Program-made: the position numbers and the translations under genes
Shown: positions 12,757-25,627 of the stretch, one piece after another
Layout of the letters: each line of letters opens with the position of its first letter
Numbering within the stretch: the first letter of the stretch is position 1
Assembly (NCBI RefSeq): GCF_001447785.1
Contig: NW_015164185.1
Span: 689,002 to 753,001, forward strand
Direction: 5' to 3'
Origin: Gekko japonicus
Lineage: Eukaryota
Length of the DNA stretch: 64,000 bases
Notes under the pieces: generated by a model
The model's database searches: none
What the model was told of the DNA's origin: nothing
What the model saw: the letters and a program-made list of their open reading frames with translations, nothing else

Positions 12757-13022
12757 AAGAAAAAGAAGAGATTGGATTTATACCCTGCCCTTCACTCAGA
12801 GTCTCTGAGCAGTTTACAATCTCCTTCCCTTCCACTCTCCTCAACAGACACCCTGTGAGCTAAGTGGGGCTGAGAGAGCTCTTTCGCAGACTGCTCTTGA
12901 GAGAACAGCTCTGAGAGAACTTTGACTGACCCAAGGTCACTCAGCTGGCTCCATGTGGAGGAGTGAGGAATCAAACCCGGTTCTCCAGATTAGAGTCCAC
13001 CGCTCTAAACCATTACATCAAA
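12757..13022 (-). mobile_element. Squam3-like tRNA-derived SINE
   Basis: Reverse-complement copy of the same family. Confidence 0.85.
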
Positions 13023-14097
13023 GTGGCCAAGAGCATCATGGCAAAACACTATGCAATTATCCATGTGCATTCTCTCTCCCCCCCCCCACCCCCCCAGTCT
13101 GGCATGTTTGAGTTGTTTGGACAGAGATGAACACTGAGTCTGGCAATTAATTGCAATTTCCAAGCAGACTGCAAGCTGAACCAGCAGGTGATTGAGCATC
13201 CCTGGTTTGAAGCTCCTCAACTGCTGCAGGCAGAATTGGCCCGTAAGATGTATATAAAGCTTTCAAACTGATGATGTTTGGGAAACTTAGATGTTAGTTT
13301 ATTTACAGCCTTATCCTATGCATGTCTATTTAGAAAAATATCCCACTGTGTTCATAAAGTCTTTCTCCCAAGTAGGTGTCCGTAGGATTGATACCATAGT
13401 TTCCTTAATTTTTATGGGTTTGGATCCTACAGACCTGTAAACAAGTCACGTTTCCAGAAGGGATTTTTGCCAACTTCTCCCTCTTCCTTCTCCCAACCCA
13501 GTCCTGAGGATTGGGCACTGAGTACAATGCAGAATGCTGCTGAATTTCATGCTGGCCCAAGGCTGGTTAATTTAGGTCACAGTAGCTTGGGCATCTAGGA
13601 GCAGGTAGTGATTAGGGGGCTGCAGTGAGGAGTAGGAGGAGGAACTGTTCTGAAAATGTGCTCTGGATCCAACCCTATGCTACTTTATCCAATAACTAGT
13701 TTACAGCAAAGCAAACTGGAAAAAAAAAAATCCAGCCATACAACCTAAAAAGCAATGCTGTGCCCCCTTCTTCATCCCATTATTCTTTGCTCCTGCAACA
13801 TGAGGGCTTTTATAAGGAGTTTTTATGGCATAAGTAATGGAAAAATCAAACAAAAGCAATGTGTTTGCTCTCCTGGTACTGAGTCAGAATTCCTTTCCAC
13901 GGAAGTATTGTTTAGGAAAAAGGGAAAATGTCTCAGTGCAGATTCAGATGAATACTTCTTAGGTGGACATCAGACTTTTTTTCTAGTTCTTTGTTCTTCC
14001 TTGAGAAAATGGGTGAAACAACAGGAACACATGAAGCTTCCTTATACTGAGTCACACCATTGGTCTATCAATAGTCTAGCCTGAACACCAGTGTGAG

Positions 14098-14345
14098 AAC
14101 TAGTGTGGTGTAGTGGTTAAGAGTGTCAGACTCTAATCTGGAGAACCAGGTTTGATTCCCTGCTCCTCCACATGAAGCCTGCTGGGTGACCTTGGGCCAG
14201 TCACAGTCCTCTCAGAACTCTCTCTGCCCCACCTACCTCACAAGGAGCCTGTTGTGGGAAGAGGAAGGGAAGGTGATTGTAAGCCGCTTTGAGGCTCCTG
14301 GAGGGGGAGAAAAGCAGGATATAAAAACCAACTCATCTTCTTCTT
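14098..14345 (+). mobile_element. Squam3-like SINE (shorter variant)
   Basis: A/B boxes and L2-like tail. The central insert is shorter than in the other copies. Confidence 0.8.
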
Positions 14346-14427
14346 TAATAGCAATCACCAGTGTGACTACTATGAACATATGACTACCATGAGCTGTCAC
14401 CACTACCATGTAAAGACCCACTCAATT

Positions 14428-14705
14428 TAGGGTTGCCACCCCCTGATGTGGGCAGGGTTCCCTTGATTTCAGAGCCCCCAATCCATTGCTGGCCAGCCGG
14501 CTGGCAGGGGAGCCCTGCCCCCGAAGAACTCCACCACACCTGACATGCCTGGCACAAGGACATCAACTGGAGGTGATGTTGTTGTGCTGAGCACGACATG
14601 TGGGGGATGCTCTAGCATTTGGCTAAAAACTCTATGGTGTCCATAGAGTTTTTGGCTGCACCCAGGAGACCCCTGCCGGCAGACAGTAGGCACCTGGCAA
14701 CCCTA
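14428..14705. mobile_element. hAT-like MITE
   Basis: TIRs tagggttgcca / tggcaacccta, degenerate 8-bp TSD actcaatt / actcagtg. Confidence 0.75.
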
Positions 14706-14754
14706 ACTCAGTGGCAAGTATACCAGATATAATCATAGCACAACATACTTTAAT

Positions 14755-15040
14755 ACAGTTTGGTGTAGTGGTTAGGAGTGTGGACTCTAATCTGGGAGGA
14801 CCAGGTTTGATTCCCCACTCCTCCACATGCAGCTGCTGGTGTGACCTTCGGTCAGTTACAAGTTCTTTCAGAGCTGTTCTCTCAGGAGTAGTTCTTGAGG
14901 GAGGTCTCTCAGCCCCACCTACCTCACAGGGTGTATGTTGTGGGGAGGGGAAGGGAAAGGGATTGTAAGCCAGTCTGAGACTCCTTTTGTTAGTGAAGGG
15001 TGGGGTATAAATCCAATCTCCTTCTCCTCCTCCTCTTCTA
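14755..15040 (+). mobile_element. Squam3-like tRNA-derived SINE
   Basis: A/B boxes, family body, (tcc/ttc)n tail. Confidence 0.85.
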
Positions 15041-16008
15041 CACAATCATTTTCCTGCCTGCACATATATCATACAGGAAAAACATGAAATCAGACCGAAA
15101 TGAATGCTGAGACATCTTTATTTGTACCATCCTGTTCCTAAGAAGCATTTTTTACGAAAATATGAAAGCACCATGAAATTAGCATTCTCAAAGCACTTAT
15201 TTGTCAGACATAATCAACATTTGTGCTGGCAGAAACACATTGAAGCCTGGGTTATTTAATCCAGTAGTTGATTATGAGAAATTGTGTGTTAAATTTTCTT
15301 ACAGATCTAGATGCCCAAGCTATTGTGACCTAAATTAACCAGCCACCAAATCTGTCTTTCATTGCTGATGCTATGAATGTGATAAGGCATTTACAAGAGC
15401 TGCATCTTCTTTTTTCACCTTCTAGTACAGTCCCATTGATACTTGTTTCTATGGTAATCACAGCCTAAAGGAGAGAGAAAAGTCTTGCATCAGCCACAAC
15501 TTTCAATAAAAGCATTAGCCACTATAGTCATTCTTAATATTTATCTGTCAATGAATCATAGAGGGTTTTTAAAACTTTGTGCACAAATAAAGACTAGGCT
15601 ACAAAGAACTGGATCCTATGAACTTTATGAAAGCAAACTTACCCCCTCCCCCAGTAGACCCCCCCCCAGCTGACCCTTGGGGAAACCTTGTGAACAAATG
15701 CAATGATGCACAGAGGTCTACAAAGAGGGAATTTGGGGAAACGGCATCTCCTCCTTCCTCTACTAGTCAAAGAGAGCTCAGAGGGACAAATACAAATAAT
15801 GTTCAGAAAGGGAGGAGACAAATCAAAATGGTCAATTCTGTGAAGACTTAAATCTGGAGTTCACAGCCATGAACAGATAAATCAGATCTTTCTACAAATG
15901 TGAAAAAGCCCCAAGTTTGCAGAAAAAGCTAAAATATTTTTTTAAAACACATTGTGGGTTAAACCCTCCCCCAATAATAGAAGCAGCACCTATGGCTTTT
16001 CCCATATG

Positions 16009-16471
16009 CAGGGGTCGTTTCATAGAAAAAGAGCTAGGGGGACTCATTAGCATAACTCATTAGCATATGCCACACACCCTGACATCACCGGAAGTGTGTC
16101 ATAAGGCCACACCCCCTGACATCACTGGAAGTGTGTTATAAGGCCACACACCCCGCCCCCAACGGTCCCGGCCGCCGCCGGCCTTGCAGCTCCACTGCCG
16201 AGCCCCATGAGGGGCCCGGCGGTGGACCTGCAAGGCCGGCGGGAGTGCAAGGAAGCCCCGCAAAGGCCCTCCCTGGCCCCAGGCAGGCAGGGGTGGGGAG
16301 AGGCAGGGAGGAAGCAACTTACCCTCCCTCTTCTCCTGCCTCCTCCTGGCTGAATGAGGTCCAGAAGCGGGGCGGCCGGAAGCAGGGGGCGGGGCTTCGT
16401 CATGTGCCTCGCCTCGTACTTCACCCGGGGGAACTATGATCCCCCGCGATCCCCCCCTGAAATGACCTCTG
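16009..16471 (-). mobile_element. Non-autonomous hAT transposon (MITE), copy 2
   Basis: TIRs plus a perfect 8-bp TSD CCCATATG (16001-16008, 16472-16479). Confidence 0.9.
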
Positions 16472-19400
16472 CCCATATGGATTTTCCTGTAATCTAAGGC
16501 TAGTTGGTAAAGCACTGCTCCAAATTCCATCTTGCAGGGAAGCCAAACTGGCTTCCATACTCAGTAGGACCTTCTCAGCATTAGCCCAACTCTGCAACAC
16601 TGCCCTCTGTGGGGAAAAATTCCTTGCTGTCTCTACTATTTTTTAAATAAGTTTAGATATATTTCTGTTCAGAATTTTTATAATAAATAATGTCTCCTCA
16701 TCCCTGCTGTTTATATTGCTGCTGTTGTATTGTTAATGCCACTTGTGGTGTTACTGCTTTTATTATGTTCTAATTTTTATAGTTCTATCTTTATATGTTG
16801 TTTTGAAACGTCAAAAATAAAATAAAGTTAAAACCTCAGCTGTGCAGATTCTTACACCTGGGTATCAAGTTAGAACGGACACATTTCTATACAACTTGCA
16901 AATAAAACATTCAGAGTTTTACACTGTAGAAAGTGCAATCTCACAAAAAAAATGTGTTTCATTTAGGGGTATCCTACCTGTGTGTATAGCTGCCCTTTGG
17001 ATTTCCAGTGACAAAACCAGTTTTGTATGAACCCAGAAGATCAGTTATAGCATTGCAGCCATATTAGATTCAAAGATGACTGCCAAAATGCATGAATTTG
17101 TTAATTATTAAATTTTAAAAGTGCTAACTCAGTACATCAACTCTGTTCTGTTTAACATTACCTCAACAATAAATCATCTGATGGGAGATTGGCAATAAAG
17201 AGAGTTACCTTCATCAGATGATATAATTGAGAATTATCAAGTCCACAGACACACAGGAGATGGAACTCTGCCTATAAAATTAATTGTGTCTCAAGATAGC
17301 TTTGTGGTCAATGATTAAACAATATGCATCTACTGGGATTGAAAAAAAAATTAAAGAGAAATGTGTTTGAGCCTAATAAAATTTCTGAATTTGACATTAG
17401 TTTTGGCAGCATTCTTACATGGTGGTTTGCAATACTCCAAAACCCTTGTTGACACCATTATAGAATACTTAGAGATGATAAGAACATAGCAAGTAGAAGG
17501 TAAGAGGGAAATCTGACACCATAATCAAGTGACAAAAGCAGAAAAGATCAAACAAATCATCTTCTTCAACAGTTCACTGGAGCATGTGCATATTCTGCCT
17601 GAAATGTTCTAACAAGAAAGTGTCAAGTATCTATATTTGACTCATTCAATGCAATACACAGAATGGCAGAGATGAATGAAGTATTGTGTTGTTGAATTGG
17701 TGTCAAAGATGTAATAGCTGCTGTGAGCCACATTACCATCCTGAATGCAGGCGGGAGGAACAATGGAAGAAAGCCATCTCTCATTCCCATTTATATGTGC
17801 AGATTGTGCAAGAAGGAAGAACATGGCAGTAAGTGATTGATGAGCTAGATGATGGTTTTTGCATGAGAAAACATGCACACTACACTCTGAATAATATATC
17901 TTAAACGTATTCTGATTTAGTAGAACATGGTTGTGATGAACATTTTCTGATAAAACCAAATCACATGCATCAAGAAGTCCAGACTCACTTCAGTCACAGT
18001 GCAATGAAATGTGATTCTTCCACTCCTTGTCCTTTGAACATTGACTGGTTGAAGATAAGGAAAAATTCCTTTGTATGCTGCTCAGAGAAAAGTGTTCAGA
18101 TCCATGAGACTTGTACAATACTGTGATCAAAGAGGATCTGAAACTTACAGCTAGCATGAAGGACACAGTAACTTGAATGAAGAGCACATTCACAGCTGTG
18201 TTTCTGATAACCTTTATTCTCTGATCCACTTGAGTTGGCAAGGTTACTAGGCCCTCTTAGATGCTGAAAGTTATGTATGAAAGTTGCACACAAGCATCTA
18301 GAGATGGATGCATTGGATATATTGCTTGTTTTATCGGCAGTCATAAGGTAAAAAGCTAACACAAAAACTTGTTGAGTTAGGCTAGCATGCAACTAGGTCT
18401 AAGGAACTGATCCAAAGTCTCCATGCTGCTGGATGCATGATATGTTATGACACAGCTCACCATACTGAAAGCCACATCACTATGAATAATATCAGGAATC
18501 TCAGAAATAGAGGCATTCACAGCCATTAGAGCTGTGAATGGATTTGCCCTAGTCTAGATTCAAAGGAAGCTTGAGGCAGGATTGGCTGGTCAAAGAAGCC
18601 ACTCAATGGGAAAGCAAGCAGGAGAGGTTAATTATTCCTCCCTCACCTCATGCTACAGCTTTTGCTAGTTGCTGCTGACCCACCCAAGCACCCTTGATAT
18701 CACAAGATTAGCTGGTTACCGTTTGGAGCCAAGCAGGAGTCTGAGGGGCCTTCTGCCAGATTGGTGCTTGGGCAGGGTCCTTTTTCACCTGCTTCATGAT
18801 GTCCAGGCTGGGTAATAAATAAATAAATAAATTTAGGATTAATTAGGCCTGGGCATAAGTTCCCACCTTTTATTTCCCCCAGCATTCATTTGTGAATATA
18901 TAAAAGCTAGTTCTTGGGATCAGAGATGCTTGGACAAAATGCCTTATGCTACAGGGGGCAATGTGAGAAGAGGAAACTGGATAAAACAAGCAGAGCACCC
19001 ACGAGGACTTGTGGTGTGCATCTCATTTCTCCTCCCGAACTCTTGCCCATTTCCCTTCCCTAAAAGACCCCATAGCCTCTTCCCTTTTCCTTCCTTACAG
19101 CCAACATACCTTTATCTGCTGTTCTGTCTTCAAATTTCTCTGTTTTCCATGCTCAGCAGATTGTCTCAAAAAAAACTATGGTCTGGCTATGGTGACCACA
19201 GCCACTGATTTTCTCAAAGCTACAGGGGCTGCTTCTATTATTATTATTTTTTTGGGGGGGAGGTTGAGTCCACCAATGTGCTTTTTTCAAATCTTAGATT
19301 TTTTTTTTCAAACCTGGGATTTTTTTCAGCTTTGAAAAAAGATCCTTCTCCTCTCTTCATGGGTCCAGTCTCTGGATTTAAGTCTCCATAGATCTGGCCA

Positions 19401-19494
19401 CACTGAAATTTTTATATATACCCTTCTCTCCTTCCCATTCACTAACCAATCTTTTTATCTACCCCCCCCACCAGTCTTCATCTTGTCACTATTT

Positions 19495-19642
19495 TTTTAC
19501 TTCATTTATACCTCACTTTTCTCCACAATGGGAGCCTAAAACAGCTTACATCATTCCCCTCTCATTTTATCCTCACAACAACCCTGTGAGGTAGGTTAGT
19601 TTGATAGTGTGTGACTGACACAAAGTCATCCAGTGAGCTTCC
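19495..19642 (-). mobile_element. Old MIR/Ther1-like SINE fragment
   Basis: CORE-SINE-like segment ttatcctcacaacaaccctgtgaggtagg...aaagtcatccagtgagcttcc. Confidence 0.6.
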
Positions 19643-20471
19643 CTATCCCTTCTTCTTTGCCTTTTACTGACAGAAACCAAGGCTTAAAGCTTGGCAATAC
19701 TTCTGGGGCTGTCTAGCAATGGACACTGAGTACTTTTGTTTCTTAAAGCTACAGGGTCTGCTTTTGTCATTTTTGTGGGTTTTAACGGCCAATGTATTTA
19801 AAATCTGAAATGTATTTTTGTTTAGATTTCAGATTTTTTTGCAAACCTGTTCATAACCCCAATCTCTGGATTTAAGTATATACAGATGGGTCTGTCTATC
19901 TCTCAAACATCATTAATTTCCCATATTTTTACAATTAATGTACCTGCCACAGAATTTTGATGAAAATAGATTTCTTTATTTTCTTTATTTAACATACTCT
20001 TTCAATATATAAGAGCTTTGAAGTACGGTCATTTTTAAAACCAAGGGAATAATAAGTCTCTTATCATATTGCTTTTATGGCAGAACATTTGACATTTGCT
20101 CTGTTTTTTTTTCTCAGTTCATCATTTCAAAGACAAAACAATAAATTTCATGCACTACAATGTTACTATACTCTAGCTTGGGGACCTTTGTGTATGTTCT
20201 ATTGAAATCAATACAATGTTAGCCATGATTTACGGAAGTTCCATTAACTTCAACTCAACAGGGTTTCAGTGTGAGTCATCTTTCCTGGATTGGGAGCAAA
20301 TGACTATATTTCAACCCAACATCACTTTGTATACTTTAAAGCTAATTTAAAAGATGTATTTTAGAAATCTTTTTCTGTGAAGATTAATTCAGTTGCTTTT
20401 AGTACACCATTCTTTGCTTCTAAATTAAGTATATTAAGTAGAAAAACTACCAATCATATATCTGTCATGTA

Positions 20472-20580
20472 GTTTTATTTATTTTTTATTTTATTTATAG
20501 TCAAATTTATACCCCGCCCTCCCCGCAAAGCAGGCTCAGGGCAACTTCCAACAACAACACAACAATACAGAATAAAAACA
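20472..20580 (-). mobile_element. L2 LINE 3' terminus
   Basis: (ttta)n tail followed by tttataccccgccctcccc..ggctcagggc, matching the 3' end of the L2 at 55172-55734. Confidence 0.65.
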
Positions 20581-20639
20581 CAGCATTTAAATAGAGTACT
20601 GGTGGCAGTTAAAAATCAAACAAATAGAACTTCCAGTTT

Positions 20640-21840
20640 GTGGATTGGCGATGGCGGTTGCTCTCCCTGGACCTCAGGGGAGCGATTAGGACACCAGTGG
20701 CATGGAGGGGTGCTACCTCAAGTGGCATCCCCATGGAGCCTTTGTTATAGGATCCAGGCCAGAGGGCTTTTGAGGGTTAGCCTCTTTGACGGCTCAATGC
20801 CGGAGAATCGAGGTTTCCCTTCGCCCTGACGGTCCTGCCATTGTGTGGCCTTCAGGCACAAGCTAATTCGATCGGGACAAGCGTGGGAGATCGAGCAGAA
20901 TAACAAATGATGTGAGCGAGGTCAAAGATATGACCAACAATGAACGTGAGTTCAAAGTAAATGGAGTATTTTAAAAAATTAATTCCCCCCTTATGGGAAA
21001 AGTGGAGTGCAAAGAGGGACGCCTCTCAGCGCATGGACAGTTAAACGTATCAAAGAAGGAAGGGAGGAAGTAAACAGCGAGTTTATTTTGAGAGACTTAC
21101 GTGAGTGCCGATAGTGAGCCAATGAGTTTTTCGAGCCCTTGTGAAGCAGTTTGAAATTGTAAACAAAACTGTAAAATGGCGGCTTCCTGAGGAAAGTTAA
21201 AAGTGAAAACACCGGGCAGTCAGAGCCCAAAACCAGAAGAGGGAGCAGACGTCATGAAGATGTTAGCGGATATGCTCAAGCCGATGATGGAGCCACTCGA
21301 TGGTATTAACTAGCAACTGACCTCGTTAAACCAAAACTTCGCTCTACAGCAGCACCAGCTGGCAGAAATGGAGAAGAGAGTGGAGCATGCGACTGAGAAT
21401 GTTACAGAGATGGACACCGCAAACAAGAAAATGAAGAAAAGAATGGGAGATGTGGAAACAAAACAAAACCTCCAAGAAAACCGTCTGTTACAAGCTGCAA
21501 ATGGAAAAGGCCAACATGATTCTCAGATTCCAGGGAGTTCCTGAAACTGAAAAAAAAGATTTGAAGAAGACTATGGGTGAGATTATTGCTCCAGTAACAG
21601 GCTTACCAGTGGATGAAATAGTAAAAGATATGGAGACTGCCAATCGGGCTTACTCCAATTATATTTAAAAAAATAGCCTGCCTGGAGAGATTGTAGTCAG
21701 ATTTGCAAGAAGACAGACCAGAGATGCTATATTAAAGGCAACCTCAGCAACTCCACTGAAACTGGGGAATACAACCATTAAGACTTTAAAAGACATTCCA
21801 TTTGAAATTCGTCAAAAGAGGAAAAGCTATAAGGACTTAA
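20640..21840 (+). mobile_element. L1 5' fragment (CpG-rich 5'UTR and decayed ORF1 from ~21176)
   Basis: Coiled-coil segment, then ILRFQGVPE, EIVVRF and KDIPFEIRQKRKSY, resembling the L1 ORF1p RRM/CTD. Contains stops and frameshifts. Confidence 0.7.
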
Positions 21841-22504
21841 TCTCTTTTCCTCAAACCACAGCCCTGATACCACCCCTGACACCCAAGGGAGGGTATATAA
21901 AAGTGGGCCCTTGTCTAAGGCACTGACCAGCTAAGTCTCTGTGCTTGTCTGGAGCAGAGAGACTGAGATGTCTCAGAGCTCTGAGTCCACCTACACCCAA
22001 ACCCCAGCAGCAGAGAGCAGATCACACATTGCCTATCTCATTCATAATCACTTCTTCTCCCCATTTTCTGTGGCCATCATTAGCCCTTGTTCATTGCTAT
22101 CTACATCCATTGAATCTTTGTAAATTAAGATATTGTTATCTGTTCCAAGCTTGTTGGGAAGCTGTGTTGTTTACATACATGTAATTTACAGGGTACTTTT
22201 GATAGTTACCATTTTCATAAATTTATTCTGTATTTTTTCAGCTTTCTTCATTATTAGATCCCTCAAGCTGTCAAGGACAAGTGTTGCCCTTTGGAGATTA
22301 GTTCCCTGGGAAATGCCTTTATGTTATGCCAAAAGCAGACAAAGCTCTGTGTTTCTATAAAATATGACATTATAAAGCATTATACTGTGAAGGCTACCAT
22401 CAGCTTGCATCAGTCACAATGCATTACATGTCTAGTATGAAGTGCCATACTATAGGATTCCAGGTGAGAAATATGACTGAAAGTTTCCATCTTGAGGACC
22501 ATAT

Positions 22505-24300
22505 TCTGAATGCTGTCTCTGTTCTGTGACCTGGGCGGAAGCCGGACTGGAAGGGATCCAGCATGAAAGTGTCATCCAGAAAGCTCTGCAACTATATCGC
22601 CACTGGCCGCTCTATTAATTTGCCCAAATAGGGCAAATTGGAGATCAGCCAATAGTTGGCCAATTTGGCCGAGTCCAGAGATTTTTTTTTTAAAGAGAGG
22701 GTGGTCCATTGCTTCCTTGAGAGCCCCTGGGAACAGCCCCTCAGAGAGGGACTTGTTGATAATGTCCCTGAGGACGCCTTGAAACCCCTCGCGGCCTGCT
22801 TTAATTAGCCAGGAGGGGCATGGATCAAGGCTGCATGTGGTTGGGCGTACTGTTGAGATCAATCTGTCAACTTCCTCAAGGCTGAGCAAATTGAAATAAT
22901 CCAGAATGGGACCAGAAGACACACATGGAGCCTTGGGTTCACTCACTGTCTCAAGTGTGGCCAGGAGGTTGCGGTGGAACAACAAGACTTTGCAAAATAG
23001 CTCATAAAAGCCTCACAGCCTATATCCAATTCCCTAGTGTTTTGTCTGTCCTGTGGCAGAATTGTTAAAGACTGAATCATTCTATACAATTGTGCCGGGT
23101 GTGAGCTTGCAGGCACAATCGTGGCTGCATAGAACTCCCTCTTCGCAGCCTTGACTGCCATTTCATACAACCTCATAAACGTTCAATAGAATGCTCTTGC
23201 TGCCTCATCGCGAGCACACCACCACTGTCTCTCTAGCTATCTGAGCCTTCGTTTCATCAGCCTCAGCTCCTGGGTATACCAAGGAGCCAGCCTTGAATGA
23301 GGGCGCAAAGGGTGTCTGGGAGCGATCTCGTTGATGGCTGCCGAGAGCCAGCCATGCCAGTCCTCGACTAGCTCATCTAACAAGCCGCCAGGGGGCAGTG
23401 GATCCTGGAGAGCCATCTGAAGCTGCAATGGGTCCATTTGGCTCTGCAGGCGAGCCAAAATATGCTCGCTGCCCAAACAGGGTTGGGGTGTCATGTTCAC
23501 TTGGGCCCTCAGGGCATGGTGGTCCGACCACGGAACTGCTGTAGCAGTAATCCAGTCCACTGTAACCCCTGCGGTGAAGATCAAATCAAGTGTGTGACCG
23601 GCTCAGTGAGTGGGGGCCATTACATATTGGGAGAGTCCCAATGCTGCCATGGACGATGCTAGGTCCGCCGCCTGTGAGGAAGCCGCATCATTGGCATGGA
23701 CATTGAAGTCACCCAAGACTAACAGCCTAGGGTGCTCCAATGCCCAGCCCGACACGGCCTCCACTAGAGATGGCAGGCTGTTGGCCGGCACGTTGGGTGG
23801 ACGGTACACCAGCAAGACAGCCAAACTCTCCCCGGCTTCCCACACAAAGCCAGCACACTCCATGCCCAAGAGCCTCGCTGCCAGGAGTGCCTTGAAGGAG
23901 TAAGCCACCAGAATGAACAAAGCCACTCCTCCCCCCGCTCCATAGTCTGAGATTGGTGAAGGACCGAGAACCCGGGAAGAGCCAACTGGGAGAGGGCAGT
24001 CATCTCCCCATCTCGTACCCAGGTCTCGGTCACGCATGCCAGATCCATGTCCTGTTCCAGCAAGAAGTCCCGAATGACTCAGCTCTTATTATTTATGGAC
24101 CTGGCATTGCACAACACCGGGATGGGACACATGCTGAAAGGTGGCCAAGCTTCTCCATTTCTCTGCCCCCTTCCCTTCCATCTCCGCCTGGTCCCACCGC
24201 TATACCTTCCCCTCCCCAGGAGCATTGGAATTTCCTGCCTGGCCATTACTATGCCTGGTGGTCTTCGCTGGCCACACTTGACTTGAGCCACAGACCTACC
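22505..24300 (-). mobile_element. L2/CR1-group LINE fragment (AP endonuclease and start of RT), decayed
   Basis: Motifs LCNARSINNK, ACVTETW, VYRPP, LGDFNVH, WSDHH, TTCSLDPCPSWL and LDPFQSGFRPGH across frameshifted ORFs. Confidence 0.9.
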
Positions 24301-24461
24301 AGTTTAGTTGGCAGATATCAGGGTCCACTGCATACTGCTGCTATTAGAAATGTAGCGGTGGAATTCATCAAGGCTAAATCTTGTACATGATCCACACTGG
24401 AATTAACATTTTGTAATTAATCCTAAAAACATAAGATTCCTGTTGTAGGGATACACAAACC

Positions 24462-24586
24462 CAGGGCTCTTTTTGTAGCAGGAACTCCTTTGCATATTAG
24501 GTGACACACCCCTAATGTAGCCAATCTTCCAAGAGCTTACAGCTTGTAAAAAGAGCTCTGTAAGCTCTTGGAGGATTGGCTATATT
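24462..24586. mobile_element. Left part of a palindromic hAT-like MITE split by the Ngaro element
   Basis: cagggctctttttgtagcaggaactcctttgcatattaggtgacacacccctaat is the inverted repeat of 32233-32288. Confidence 0.8.
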
Positions 24587-24982
24587 GCCCCCCAAGATGG
24601 AATAATGAGGCAGACACCAATGATGGGTTTAACTATTGGGCCACTTTATTAACTGACAACTTTAACTGGAACTAACGGCAAGGGCAACACATTTTGTGGT
24701 ATGGTCAAGGCCAGGGGTCAATGACCCCTCCCTTACCTCATGAAATAGGGCAAGCCACCCTGCCCCACGTGGAAGCCATCAGCAGTGGCTCCCACCCGGC
24801 TGGCTAGCCATTGCAGGACAACCTTGTAGGCCCATCCTCCAAGCCGCTAGTCTCAAAGGGAGGCACAAAGACTGTACTCACAGGACCCCTTCAACCCCAA
24901 ATAATGAGTGTCAGCTGGTGCTCACCAGACCGCAATCTGTATACTGCATAGAAACCTGCCACCGCTGAGGCCAAGCCTCTGC

Positions 24983-25567
24983 TTAGGCCTTCGCACCCAT
25001 TGGGAGGCCCAAGGCCCCCTGAAGCCCTTGCCATAAATCCTCCAGAAAGATGTCCATGCCCATTTCTGACAGGTGGATACCATCCTGCCTGTAGAACTCT
25101 GCACACCCCACATGTATGATCGGGTGCGGCAAAAAGATACCCAAACCACCCTCAAGAATCCTATGCAACTCTCTATTCGCCTTACGGTGAGCCTTGTCAA
25201 TGGCCAGCAGATTTACCACCCCCTGCCAAACCCGGCAGGGTATCATAGCTGACCAGCCACTGCCTGAATATAAACTGAAAATCCTCATGGGCCTGAAGGA
25301 TTAATGCCTTTCCTTTGATCAGGCCTAAATCATGGCCTTCTAAATGGATAACTACAACCTGAGGCAGAGGGCCAACCCTCTCATGAAACAACAACTGCAA
25401 AAGGCCCAGCCACTGTAAGCCCCAGCGCCCTTGCCATTCAACAGTGGTCCACTGGCTAAGGTCCAGCTGCGTAACAATCAGCGTCCTCCTGGTGCGATGA
25501 GCCGCCCCAAAAACAAAACCGTGCCTGCAGATTAAAACAGTCTTCCTCTCCTGCTGGCAAATCAAAT
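24983..25567 (-). pseudogene. SGNH/GDSL-like hydrolase ORF of Ngaro element 1 (one frameshift)
   Basis: Block I-like VLICRHGF, block III-like VVIHLEGHDLG and block V DGIHLS. Homologous to 44858-46122. Confidence 0.8.
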
Positions 25568-25627
25568 CTGAAACAACAAAAACAGTGAGCAGGGGCACAA
25601 ATACACCCACAATGCGGCCACCCAGGC

